Assembly: GCA_965218785.1 (NCBI GenBank) | Contig: OZ244650.1 | Location: 1,760,001 to 1,824,000, forward strand | DNA length: 64,000 nucleotides | Reading direction: 5' to 3' | Source: Nitrosopumilus sp. | GTDB lineage: Archaea; Thermoproteota; Nitrososphaeria; Nitrososphaerales; Nitrosopumilaceae | Shown: positions 29,461 to 38,616 of the stretch, one piece after another | Layout of the letters: the number at the start of each line of letters is the position of its first letter | Numbering within the stretch: the stretch's first letter is position 1 | The notes under the pieces: generated by a model | Databases searched by the model: none | Told to the model about the DNA's origin: nothing | The model's input: the letters and a program-made list of their open reading frames with translations, nothing else | Position numbers and translations under genes: made by a program

Positions 29461-29647
29461 ATATTACTTTAGACTAGTATAATAAATTGTTGGTTTATTC
29501 AGAGGGGTCTATTGTACGAAAAGTAGATCCGCCCCGGATCCGAAGTGCAATAGATGATTATTTTAGACTGCGCCGATCACAAAAAAGCATGAAAAAAAGA
29601 CCGACAGAAAAAGTGCTTGATTCCAGAACTAGACCTCAGTTACACCT

Positions 29648-30080
29648 TTAATCATACGGACATTCTATTCCATATCTATTTTCTCGGAGGTCTGGATATT
29701 TGGTATCCGCACACACAACCACCGAGTACACCTGCCGTGTTGTGTCTGTTCCATCTGATGCGGTGACTCAGAATCGATAGATCTGGTTGCGTTCGTGGTG
29801 GGGTGGTGCGATGACGTTCGAAAAATCGATTGATATGGTTGCAGTGCCGTTGTCGTGGTTTTTTATCTGTATGACATTATAGGGCATCAGTACTGGGAGG
29901 GTGTCCAAGACACCATTGTGATTGGGAGACAACGAGCCACGGTCCATGCCAAATATAATATCATCACCGTCCGCGTCTGATGCCGTCTCTGTAAATGATG
30001 TGTCTTCTTAATTGACCATGACATCTTTTTTGATTATGATACCGGTCTTTCGCATGATAGAGGTCTTGAATTAGGCGGTT
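29648..30080 (-). pseudogene. Remnant of a cadherin/Ig-like domain surface protein
   Basis: One frame with two internal stops: FTETASDADGDDIIF...HDNGTATISIDF...F*VTASDGTDTTRQVYSVVV. Confidence 0.6.
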
Positions 30081-30360
30081 TTACATCATTTTATAAAATA
30101 AAGAATGGTGAATCCACGATTCAGACAGAGTTTGGTAAGAAATATCATCATGAAAACCCCATCGAACTTTTAGAAGCTAAGGAAACCATCAAACAAATAA
30201 CTAAAGAAGACAAAGACAGCCAAAGTCCATAGTCTCGTGGTTCTGGTAAATTTTGGTGATCTGATCACTATTTTGCACCGGAACCAATCTACTATATCGT
30301 TTGAATTGATCAGAATCCCACAAGATGTATCTATCCCACTCTAGATAATCCCACTAAACC

Positions 30361-30720
30361 CTACCAACAAAGATTATTATCAATATCCTCTTTTGTAGGG
30401 TTTTTTATGTAAAGATAGGTCTATGTTTTATCAGATCTGTCACAGACATATGCAAATCCATACTTGCCAAAATCATCATATAGTAGTAAACTAGCTGTGA
30501 GTTTGACATTAGGAGAGTCAATGCCTGTATATCCCCACGTGGGGAATATCATTCCAAAATTTTTGACCAGACCTGTAATATGTCCGGGGTATTTTTCTTT
30601 GAAATGTTTTACAATGTCTTCGTCATCGAATCTTTCATGAAATTCCTCAAGGGTCATTGTAGGCAGATAATGAGAGAGTTCATATAGAATTATCCATATG
30701 GATACTAAGTAAAACCACAA
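30361..30720 (-). pseudogene. Fragment of a hypothetical protein with an internal stop
   Basis: The 30421..30720 ORF continues in frame past its TAG as TYLYIKNPTKEDIDNNLCW-stop. Confidence 0.5.
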
Positions 30721-30809
30721 GTGGGATTAACTTTAAATAATTTTTGTTCATTTTAACTAGTCAAAAATCATTTAATTTATTAATTCCTAATAAAAAAAGG
30801 AAAGAAATT

Positions 30810-31007
30810 CTAGTTTAAGACGGGAGTTGCAGCCATGTCTGAAGTTATTCTATCAATTGCTGTATGATAATCCCCAGAAATATGCCTGACGTAATATCTC
30901 CTGGTTTCGGCGGTTTTGATACCATCAAGGAATCTCTGATATGTATCCCCTTGCCCAACGGGTGAAACATTTTGAAAAGTATCGCCTCCTAGATCTTCCC
31001 AGATGCC
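30810..31007 (-). pseudogene. Possible N-terminal remnant of a tyrosine recombinase
   Basis: TYQRFLDGIKTAETRRYYVRH resembles the start of thaumarchaeal integrases; no catalytic domain is present. Confidence 0.4.
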
Positions 31008-31023
31008 TTAATGGGATATAACC

Positions 31024-31629
31024 TTAATTAGAATATATTGGCCATGTTACAATATATCCTCTTTGTTGCAATTCATCAAAAGAATCAAAACTTACACAAA
31101 CAGCCTGACCCCTTGAATTTAATCCCTTGTGATGTGAAATAGAACATGTAATTGAATGTATTTCTTTTTGAACCGGATTCCCATCCCAACACGATTTTGG
31201 TAATTCTATATAATTTGACAGATGCATGAATTCGGGAATCACCGCTATAACCAAGTCAATTTTAGAGTAACCCTCATAATTTATCATCCATTGATTATCA
31301 CATGATGTCTCCTTAAAATCGGCACTAATTTCTTGCCCATTTAACAGAATAATCACATGTTCAATGGCATTCAACGAGGGCATGGTTTTTGGTAAGCTTA
31401 TCTTAAATTCACCACTTGTGCCATTTATTACGAAAGAGATTTCGCTTTCATCATATTTTTCAAAATCAATAACATCTCCATTTGTGATTTCATAATTTAA
31501 AACATATTCGTGTCCATCAAATTCTTCGGTTATGGATTCAGCATATGCTGATTCAATATATGTAACAAATATCATCACAGTAAAGACTAGGGCTAATGCA
31601 CCACCAATTTCAACGTGTTTTTTTTTCAT
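31024..31629 (-). CDS. Secreted/surface hypothetical protein
   Basis: Signal peptide ending SAYA; YEITNGDV...GEFKISLPK...LLNGQE pattern seen in thaumarchaeal surface proteins. Confidence 0.75.
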   Translation of the reverse strand: MKKKHVEIGGALALVFTVMIFVTYIESAYAESITEEFDGHEYVLNYEITNGDVIDFEKYDESEISFVINGTSGEFKISLPKTMPSLNAIEHVIILLNGQEISADFKETSCDNQWMINYEGYSKIDLVIAVIPEFMHLSNYIELPKSCWDGNPVQKEIHSITCSISHHKGLNSRGQAVCVSFDSFDELQQRGYIVTWPIYSN

Positions 31630-31652
31630 AGTTTAATAGGGAAATAAAAAGA

Positions 31653-31793
31653 TTAAAAGTTCCATTTGAGATCATTCAGATATTGTGTCACCCTGCTATC
31701 TGCATATGTAAAATTCATACCAGAGACAGGTAGAATCATTGCAACAGTCAAAGATGCAAACAATGTGGTTTTTTTGATGTCATACATGTTCAT
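31653..31793 (-). pseudogene. Signal-peptide-only remnant (or micropeptide) of a secreted protein
   Basis: MNMYDIKKTTLFASLTVAMILPVSGMNFTYADSRVTQYLNDLKWNF-stop; LFASL...MILP.SGM is a recurrent thaumarchaeal leader. Confidence 0.6.
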
Positions 31794-32109
31794 ACCATAC
31801 CCTATACACCCTTATTATATAAGAAGATTGATTTGAAAATAGAGTGCCTTTTCTAAGATCTCATATCTGTTGCCTGCAGATACCGAGCATTTTATGATTT
31901 ACTGGGACATAAGGTATCTGTGACAAACTTTCGCAGCAAGATACTGTGCGAGGGCAATCAGGCCCTGATTGGCGCAAGTTTTCTGGTACTCGTTACTTTG
32001 AATCCAAGACATCATGTGGTAAACGTGGCAGGAAAGTCGGCCATACGCATATCCTGGAATACGCATCCTAAAATGGCAAAAAATGCCGGTATGTGAACCT
32101 AGATAGTAG

Positions 32110-32183
32110 CGGGTCTAAAGGGATTCGGACCCTTGACAACCGGATTAAGAGTCCGGTGCGCTACCTGGCTGCGCCATAGACCC
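32110..32183 (-). tRNA. tRNA-Lys(CTT)
   Basis: Reverse complement GGGTCTA...TAGACCC-G; anticodon arm CCGGA-CTCTTAA-TCCGG. Confidence 0.92.
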
Positions 32184-32242
32184 ACCGAAATTAATAAATC
32201 CCGAGTTGTTATTAATCTTGAGATTTTAAAATAAATCAAAAT

Positions 32243-32845
32243 TTAGTTTTGTGCCTTGGCTTCAATTTCATTGTACTTTTCAATAATTGCCGTAAGTGCA
32301 GTCGAAACTGGAACATCATTCATCTTTTTCTTTTCAGCGAGCAGTTTTTGATACGCATCTAGGGTAATGTATACAGGAATAGAGCCGTTTCCTTCAAGCA
32401 GGCCTCTAACGTTGTAAAGAGCCGTCTCCATACCCCTCTCAGCAGATTTGGCAAATTTTGCTTTATCCAAAATTGCTCCTAGCGGACCAAATGGCATCTC
32501 ATATTCTACTGACATGGTTACTCTAGTAAGATTATTACCTAATGCCTTGAATTCATTGATAATTTGCCATTTCTTGAAGGGACCTTCAATCTGCTTTGCA
32601 GAGATCTTTTCATTTCTAACAAATTCAGTTGTCTCACAATCCCATTCGAGCCGTTTACCGCTAAAATCACCGATAATTCTAAAGGTTGTACCTACACCCA
32701 TTCCTTCTTTGATATCCATAGGAATCACTGTCATGCCTACTGTGTCGGATTTTATTTGGTCAGAAACGTGTTCTGGTCGTGCAAAGTAGGTAAAAACATT
32801 ATCTACTGGTGTTTTGACATCTATTGATTTAGTAACAAAAGTCAA
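32243..32845 (-). CDS. SRPBCC (START/polyketide cyclase-like) protein
   Basis: SIDVKTPVDNVF, GVGTTF, QIEGPFKKW, YEMPFGPLG. Confidence 0.88.
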   Translation of the reverse strand: MTFVTKSIDVKTPVDNVFTYFARPEHVSDQIKSDTVGMTVIPMDIKEGMGVGTTFRIIGDFSGKRLEWDCETTEFVRNEKISAKQIEGPFKKWQIINEFKALGNNLTRVTMSVEYEMPFGPLGAILDKAKFAKSAERGMETALYNVRGLLEGNGSIPVYITLDAYQKLLAEKKKMNDVPVSTALTAIIEKYNEIEAKAQN

Positions 32846-32940
32846 CGATTGAATCTCTTGTCAATTGGGATTTAAAGGTTTTGAAGATTTTTGTAAGGAA
32901 ATTGATTTACAATATATTCATCTACTTTATAATAATCTAG

Positions 32941-33459
32941 ATGACTAAAAAGCGATCAATTTTTCTGATCTTTGTTTTGCTGCTTTCTTCCATTTCAATT
33001 TTTGAGTATGCCCATGCCCATTCAATGTTTAATTCCGCTGAAAAATTTGAAAGCGGTTATAGGGTTCAGGTAGCCACTGCGCCGGAATTTCCACAAATTG
33101 ACGAGCCATCACAGTTTTTGATCAGGGTTACGGATACAGATTTTGAGGAAGTTGATCAATTCACAATGGGAATAAAGTTTTTCTTTAATAATCAACAGAT
33201 AGATGCAATTCCACCCACGTCAATTGACGGCGCCCATTGGGATTTTGATTATGTATGGAAAAATCAGGGGAACCATATTGTAGAAATTTACCTGTATGAT
33301 GTCGGAGATGATTCAAAAGTAATTACCTACAAGTTTAACATGGGAACACAAAGTCCGTTTGGATACATCTTCATTAGTGCAATAACGGTGGGAGCATTAT
33401 GTTTTGTAGGGATTATGGGATATATTTTTCTGCCTAGAATTTTCAAAAAATCTAGGTAG
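32941..33459 (+). CDS. Membrane-anchored exported hypothetical protein
   Basis: Signal peptide ending AHA-HS, Ig-like core, C-terminal TM helix. Confidence 0.75.
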   Translation: MTKKRSIFLIFVLLLSSISIFEYAHAHSMFNSAEKFESGYRVQVATAPEFPQIDEPSQFLIRVTDTDFEEVDQFTMGIKFFFNNQQIDAIPPTSIDGAHWDFDYVWKNQGNHIVEIYLYDVGDDSKVITYKFNMGTQSPFGYIFISAITVGALCFVGIMGYIFLPRIFKKSR

Positions 33460-33892
33460 TTAATTTGGAATATTTTGATATTCTAAATGCAAATAATGTA
33501 GTTAACAGCACCATTGCAAATAACCAAATTCCTATTCCCAAGTGTATTGCAACTAGTACTGCATGAAGTTTTGTATCAATTACCAAGGCACCCAAGGTAA
33601 TTTGAGTAATTACCAACACAGTTGCAAACAAGCTTGTAATTTTGATTTTTGAATCGGCATTCTTGTTAATGAAACTTGCAATCATGGTCGCAATAATTAA
33701 TACCCCGGTTGTTGCAGCAGTAGTTCTATGAATCCATTCGATAAGATATTCTTCTGATGGCATTATTCCATTAGGGCATAAGGGCCATTCAGGACAAGTC
33801 AGTCCAAGTCCGGCCGCTGAAATATATCCGCCAATAAACATCAGTGAATACAAGACTATCATCGTTGTTAATGCAAGATATTGAATTGCCAA
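33452..33892 (-). CDS. ctaA: Short (four-helix) heme A synthase, COX15/CtaA family
   Basis: GLTCPEWPLC, EWIHR, QITLG, HL motifs. Confidence 0.85.
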   Translation of the reverse strand: MAIQYLALTTMIVLYSLMFIGGYISAAGLGLTCPEWPLCPNGIMPSEEYLIEWIHRTTAATTGVLIIATMIASFINKNADSKIKITSLFATVLVITQITLGALVIDTKLHAVLVAIHLGIGIWLFAMVLLTTLFAFRISKYSKLTT

Positions 33893-33904
33893 AATTATTC
33901 GACT

Positions 33905-34912
33905 CTAATTTACCGTGATGTTGCCAATCATCCAGGGATGAAGCAGGCAATAGTAAGGATATTCCCCGGATTCATCAAGGGTTAAAGAGAATGTATCGCC
34001 TGCTACAAACAAACTGCTATCAAAAATCCCATCGGGAGCTCCTGGTAATCCACTTGTTACAGTATGAGCTACAAAGTCATCATTGGACCAGATGATTTCT
34101 TCACCTGCTGAAACTAGGACATGGAATGGAGTATAGCATGAGTTGGTATCATTACAGCCAATAATTCCAGAACCGTCTGGAATAGATATGACCTCGTTAA
34201 ATTCCACAGGTGCGGGTTTTGGTTCCATGACTTTATCTGTTACCTCTGGTTCCATGACTTTATCCGTTGCCTCTGGTTCCATGACTTTATCTGTTGCCTC
34301 TGGTTCCATGACTTTATCTGTTACATCAACATCACCTACAATAATGCTACCAACCATTCCTTGTGCTCTGTGACCTGGAACAGTACAGATATAGTAATAA
34401 ATTCCATCCTCACCTGCGATAAATTCAGAAGAATCACCTTCGCCGGGCCTTAATGGGTTTAACGCTAGTCCAACTTCAGTTCCGGGAATGATTCCTCCAA
34501 CGCCTTCAGGCTCGGAAGTGACGCCAAAAGAGTGGAATGATTGTCCCGCATTATCTACATTAAAGATTACCTTATCACCCTTATTCATGTAAATTGTCGG
34601 GTTGTTGTCAGGCTCCCCGGGTAATGCATTAAACGCCAAAGTTATAAAATCTGGCGCTTCGATAAAGTGAAGATCTTGTGTAATGGTGTCTCCCGTGTGT
34701 ACTCCGATCTCAGCAACATCAGTTTCCCCTGCCATCATTGCTACAACCGGGGCAGGCTGTGAAACCCAATAGTCCCACAATGAAAAGAAAATTACTCCGC
34801 CGACAATACAAATGCCCAGCATTATGACCATCATTTTTGTAGTCCTACCGGTAGTTGTTCTGTATATCTGAGGTGATGCCTCGCCAACTGGATGTTCTAT
34901 CTCGTTACTCAT
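33905..34912 (-). CDS. Membrane-anchored two-domain blue copper (cupredoxin) protein
   Basis: HSF...YYYICTVPGHRAQGM and HTVTSG...YPYYCLLHPWM type-1 copper sites. Confidence 0.9.
   Translation of the reverse strand: MSNEIEHPVGEASPQIYRTTTGRTTKMMVIMLGICIVGGVIFFSLWDYWVSQPAPVVAMMAGETDVAEIGVHTGDTITQDLHFIEAPDFITLAFNALPGEPDNNPTIYMNKGDKVIFNVDNAGQSFHSFGVTSEPEGVGGIIPGTEVGLALNPLRPGEGDSSEFIAGEDGIYYYICTVPGHRAQGMVGSIIVGDVDVTDKVMEPEATDKVMEPEATDKVMEPEVTDKVMEPKPAPVEFNEVISIPDGSGIIGCNDTNSCYTPFHVLVSAGEEIIWSNDDFVAHTVTSGLPGAPDGIFDSSLFVAGDTFSLTLDESGEYPYYCLLHPWMIGNITVN
34220..34324 (-). repeat. 27-bp coding tandem repeat x4 (TDKVMEPE[A/V])
   Basis: tggttccatgactttatctgttrcctc repeated between the two cupredoxin domains. 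Confidence 0.92.
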
Positions 34913-34923
34913 ACAATTCACTC

Positions 34924-36450
34924 CTAATGATGTGGATTCCTCGCTTCAAACGGATAGTAATACTTGCCACCTAGACCAAATGGATCTTCAGTGTTTGCAG
35001 GTCTTCCTTTTCCTGAGCTGTGAATCATATTTGCCAGGAAGATTGCCATGCTGACACCGATGATCATTGCGCCTACAGATGCAATTTGGTTCATGGCAAT
35101 CCATTCTGGAATTGGCGGATAATCGAAAATTCTTCTGGGCATGCCATACAAGCCAAGTATGTGTTGTGTAAAGAAGACCATAACGGTTCCTACAAAGGAC
35201 ATCAAAAAGTGTATCTTGCCCATGGTTTCGTTGTACATTCTGCCTGTGACATACGGGAACATGTAGTAGAGGTAGCCAATCGAGCCAAATGCAATAGTAC
35301 CCATTACAAACAGATGAAAGTGTCCAACTACCCAGTATGTGTCGTGTGTTGAAAAGTCCAAAGGCATTGCACTATTTACCACGCCGCCTGCGCCTGCCGA
35401 GAAGAACAACGCAATTCCTCCAACTGCCCACATCATCGGTGTTGAGAATCTTATTCTTCCGTTCCACATTGTTGCAATAAAGTTAAACACGTGCATGGCA
35501 GATGCCGGAACTGCTGCAAGAGTTCCCACCATGAAGACTGTTTTTTCGGTAAATGACATTCCGGTCGCATACATGTGGTGTGCCCACGATGAAAAACCGA
35601 CGATGGATAACAATACAAATGCAAAGACACCAGAGTTATAGCTGTAAATCGGCTTTCTTGAAAATCTTGGAATAATTTCATACATCATGCCAATTGCCGG
35701 AATTACCAGAACATAGACCTCCGGATGGAATGTAAACCAGAACAAATGCGCATAGGCAATCGGGTCTCCACCCATTGCAGGATTGAAAAATCCACTTACG
35801 CCGAGTCTGTCAGTCAGAAGCATCAGCAGGGCTGCTGCAAATGTGGGAATTGCGACGATAATAATCAGGGATGATGACAAAAAGGACCAAGCCAGCAGTG
35901 GAACCTGGCCAATGGACATGTCAGGATGCTTGCATTTGAGAATTGTCACGACAAAGTTGATTGCACCAAGTACTGATGAGATTCCTAAAATCTTTAGTCC
36001 GAATATCCACATGTCAGCTGCCGGACCGGGTGCGCTGATAATAGAGTACGGCGGAGTCGCATACCACGTAAAGTCTGCAAAACCCAACCAGATGAGTGCA
36101 CCAGATGGGGGAATCATCCAAAATGCAATTGCATTAAGTTTTGGATATGCCATATCTTTGTATCTGACCATTATTGGAACAAAGTAGTTGCCAACTGCAG
36201 ATGCAAAAGGAATGATAAACAAGAAAATTAACGTTGTACCGTGAACGGTAAACATCCTGTTAAAGGTCATAGAATCTGCGATAATTTGCGAACCTGGCAA
36301 GAACAGTTCTGCTCGAATCGCAAGTGCCAGTGTACCACCTAAGAACAAGAATGCCAGTGATGTAATAAGATAAAGCAGTCCAACATCAGTGTGATGTGTT
36401 GAAAACATTATTTGCCAGATTGGACGCGGTTTTTGTAGTTGTAGAACCAT
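34924..36450 (-). CDS. coxA: Heme-copper oxidase subunit I
   Basis: TVHG, FWFTFHPEVY, WAHHM, VVGHFH, GMPRR; start at MVLQLQKPRP. Confidence 0.96.
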   Translation of the reverse strand: MVLQLQKPRPIWQIMFSTHHTDVGLLYLITSLAFLFLGGTLALAIRAELFLPGSQIIADSMTFNRMFTVHGTTLIFLFIIPFASAVGNYFVPIMVRYKDMAYPKLNAIAFWMIPPSGALIWLGFADFTWYATPPYSIISAPGPAADMWIFGLKILGISSVLGAINFVVTILKCKHPDMSIGQVPLLAWSFLSSSLIIIVAIPTFAAALLMLLTDRLGVSGFFNPAMGGDPIAYAHLFWFTFHPEVYVLVIPAIGMMYEIIPRFSRKPIYSYNSGVFAFVLLSIVGFSSWAHHMYATGMSFTEKTVFMVGTLAAVPASAMHVFNFIATMWNGRIRFSTPMMWAVGGIALFFSAGAGGVVNSAMPLDFSTHDTYWVVGHFHLFVMGTIAFGSIGYLYYMFPYVTGRMYNETMGKIHFLMSFVGTVMVFFTQHILGLYGMPRRIFDYPPIPEWIAMNQIASVGAMIIGVSMAIFLANMIHSSGKGRPANTEDPFGLGGKYYYPFEARNPHH

Positions 36451-36499
36451 TAGTTGATCTCCCCACTTGAAACGATGAAAGATTGTGACAATAGTCCCA

Positions 36500-36931
36500 T
36501 CATGTTGTTGGTTCCTCCACGTATAGTGTGCCACGCATGTTATAGTGGATTAATCCACAGTATTCTCTGCATTGAATATCATGAACTCCCGGTGCATCAG
36601 GGGCAAACCACACAGTATTGACTCTGCCTGGAACTGCATCCATCAAAACGACATAATCATGAATGTTAAAAGAATGAATTACATCTGTTGCCATTATCTC
36701 AAATTTGTAGGCCGTTCCGGCTTTAACATGAAGTTCGCCGATCTCTTTTGTTCCATCTTCATGTTCAAATGTCCAAAACCATTGCTGTCCAGTTACTTTG
36801 ATAACTTCGGCATCCTCTGGAATATGTTCTACAAGTCTTTCTGCTTCCCATGCCTCAGCTCCCACCCAGGTCATCAACGCAATTACAATTGCAACATAAA
36901 TCCATTCAGGCCAGTTAGAGTGTCCACCCAT
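36500..36931 (-). CDS. coxB: Heme-copper oxidase subunit II (CuA domain, one TM helix)
   Basis: GQQWFW, DVIHSF, CREYCGLIHYNM. Confidence 0.95.
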   Translation of the reverse strand: MGGHSNWPEWIYVAIVIALMTWVGAEAWEAERLVEHIPEDAEVIKVTGQQWFWTFEHEDGTKEIGELHVKAGTAYKFEIMATDVIHSFNIHDYVVLMDAVPGRVNTVWFAPDAPGVHDIQCREYCGLIHYNMRGTLYVEEPTT

Positions 36932-36933
36932 TT

Positions 36934-37194
36934 CTACCAGTCCTTGCCCTCGTATGCAGTAGGTGTTGCTTTTGGATGGGATTCTCTAAATCTCCAGCAC
37001 AGCCAGATGATTGTTCCTGAAACTACCGCACCGACTGTAAATGCAACAGTCATCATTCTAAAGAATAAATTCCAGATAATCACCCTGCGATCAAGATATT
37101 CTCCAGGTTCGTCACCTGCGGCAAATGCCGATTCTAAAGCTGGAATCATTACTGAAACTGCCAATACTAAGAATAACCATACAATACTCTTCAT
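36934..37194 (-). CDS. Small membrane protein resembling the N-terminal helix of oxidase subunit II
   Basis: Signal peptide plus IWNLFFRMMTVAFTVGAVVSGTIIWLCWRFRE; 2 bp upstream of coxB. Confidence 0.7.
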   Translation of the reverse strand: MKSIVWLFLVLAVSVMIPALESAFAAGDEPGEYLDRRVIIWNLFFRMMTVAFTVGAVVSGTIIWLCWRFRESHPKATPTAYEGKDW

Positions 37195-37250
37195 TAGCGA
37201 TTGACTGTCGTGCCTTATAATTTCTATTTAAGGGTTTTCAAGATTATTAA

Positions 37251-37874
37251 CTACCAACTTTGATCGAAGCGTGACGGATGCATTACATTGAGTCCAGAAA
37301 GTGAGAACTTGCTGTCTTTTTCTCTAAAGATGTTCAGGGAGGCATTTGCAATTATTAGTTCAAAGAGGTTCGTAGGAGACAGGTCTACGATGGTTGAAAG
37401 CATTGCCTTGATTGGATCCATATGAGTTACAAGCAGCACGTTCTGATCGGGATGTTTTTCCAGCACATGGTCAACTATGCCTAAAATTCGTTTTCGAACA
37501 TCTGAGAAGGTTTCTACTCCATTATGGGCAATCTCAAGTTCGCCATTATAAAACTTCATAAAGACATTGCCATGGCTGTTAATGATTTCATCGTATGGCA
37601 TTCCGGTAAATTTGCCCATATCAAGCTCGATTAAACGATCGTCAGTTGTAACATCAAGTGAATTGTTTTTTCCGACAATTTCTGCAGTATGCTTTGCCCT
37701 TTCAATTGGACTGGAATAGATCGCAGATACATTCATGAGTTCAAGCAGCTCAGAAGTATGTTCGACCTGCTTTATTCCGGCGTCAGTTAATGGAACGCCT
37801 TTTGTTCTGCCTGCCAGAATTCTTTCAACGTTATTTTTTGCCTGTCCATGTCTGAGGAAGATGATCTGTCCCAA
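37251..37874 (-). CDS. Histidine phosphatase (phosphoglycerate mutase) family protein
   Basis: LRHGQ, SSPIERA, LVTH. Confidence 0.93.
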   Translation of the reverse strand: MGQIIFLRHGQAKNNVERILAGRTKGVPLTDAGIKQVEHTSELLELMNVSAIYSSPIERAKHTAEIVGKNNSLDVTTDDRLIELDMGKFTGMPYDEIINSHGNVFMKFYNGELEIAHNGVETFSDVRKRILGIVDHVLEKHPDQNVLLVTHMDPIKAMLSTIVDLSPTNLFELIIANASLNIFREKDSKFSLSGLNVMHPSRFDQSW

Positions 37875-37925
37875 CTTGATCGGAGTTCAAATAGAGATAA
37901 TAATAACATTCTCAGATAGATAACC

Positions 37926-38597
37926 GTGAAAGTAGGGATTATTGGTGGAACAGGCGGAATGGGAAAAGGCTTTGCCATCAGGTGGTCTCAAAACCATGAT
38001 GTACTAGTCGGATCCAGGGATGCCAAAAGGGCGGCAGACTCTGCAGTGGAATACACCGGTCTTGCAAAGGAAGCATTTGGGGAAATAAAGGGAAGCATTT
38101 CTGGAAATGATAATCTTTCAGTTGCAAAAGAAAGCGATGTTTTGATTTTATCAATCCCATATGAGAATATAGATTCGACGTGTTCTGGAATCCTGCCGGA
38201 GGTAAAAGATAGTTGTGTTGTTGTATCTCCAATTGTTCCGATGACAAAGACAGATGTTGGATTTGAATGCATAGCAATCAAAGAAAACAAACCGTTTTCA
38301 TATCAGCTGGTACTAAATCATATGAAGAACAAATCAAGACTTGTTTCAGCATTTCATGTGATTTCAGAAAAGAAGCTTGTCAATCCGGCACTGACACTTG
38401 ATTATGATATCTTTGTGTGCGGAGACGATGATGAATCAGTTCAGATAGTAAATGGATTGATTAATGAAATCACGGGACTAAGGCCGATTTACTTGGGTCC
38501 TGTGGAGTTATCCTATTTTGCAGAAATGTCTACGCCGCTCTTGCTTAATGCAATGATAAAAAACAAGATAAAAAATCCAGGGATCAAAATCATCTGA
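37926..38597 (+). CDS. npdG: F420H2:NADP+ oxidoreductase
   Basis: GGTGGMGKG, GSRD, VSAFH, CGDD. Confidence 0.9.
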   Translation: MKVGIIGGTGGMGKGFAIRWSQNHDVLVGSRDAKRAADSAVEYTGLAKEAFGEIKGSISGNDNLSVAKESDVLILSIPYENIDSTCSGILPEVKDSCVVVSPIVPMTKTDVGFECIAIKENKPFSYQLVLNHMKNKSRLVSAFHVISEKKLVNPALTLDYDIFVCGDDDESVQIVNGLINEITGLRPIYLGPVELSYFAEMSTPLLLNAMIKNKIKNPGIKII

Positions 38598-38616
38598 ATC
38601 AATTTTTTCATTCATC

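Noticed and set aside
31960-32075. GKRGRKVGH-like frame near tRNA-Lys as a transposase relic
   Set aside because: Too short and ambiguous to assign without a search.
34220-34324. 27-bp repeats as a mini-CRISPR
   Set aside because: No spacers; in-frame linker of a cupredoxin gene.
36450-36534. N-terminal extension of coxA suggesting a coxB-coxA fusion by frameshift
   Set aside because: No slippery site is evident, and both genes have normal ends; the short open frame is likely chance.
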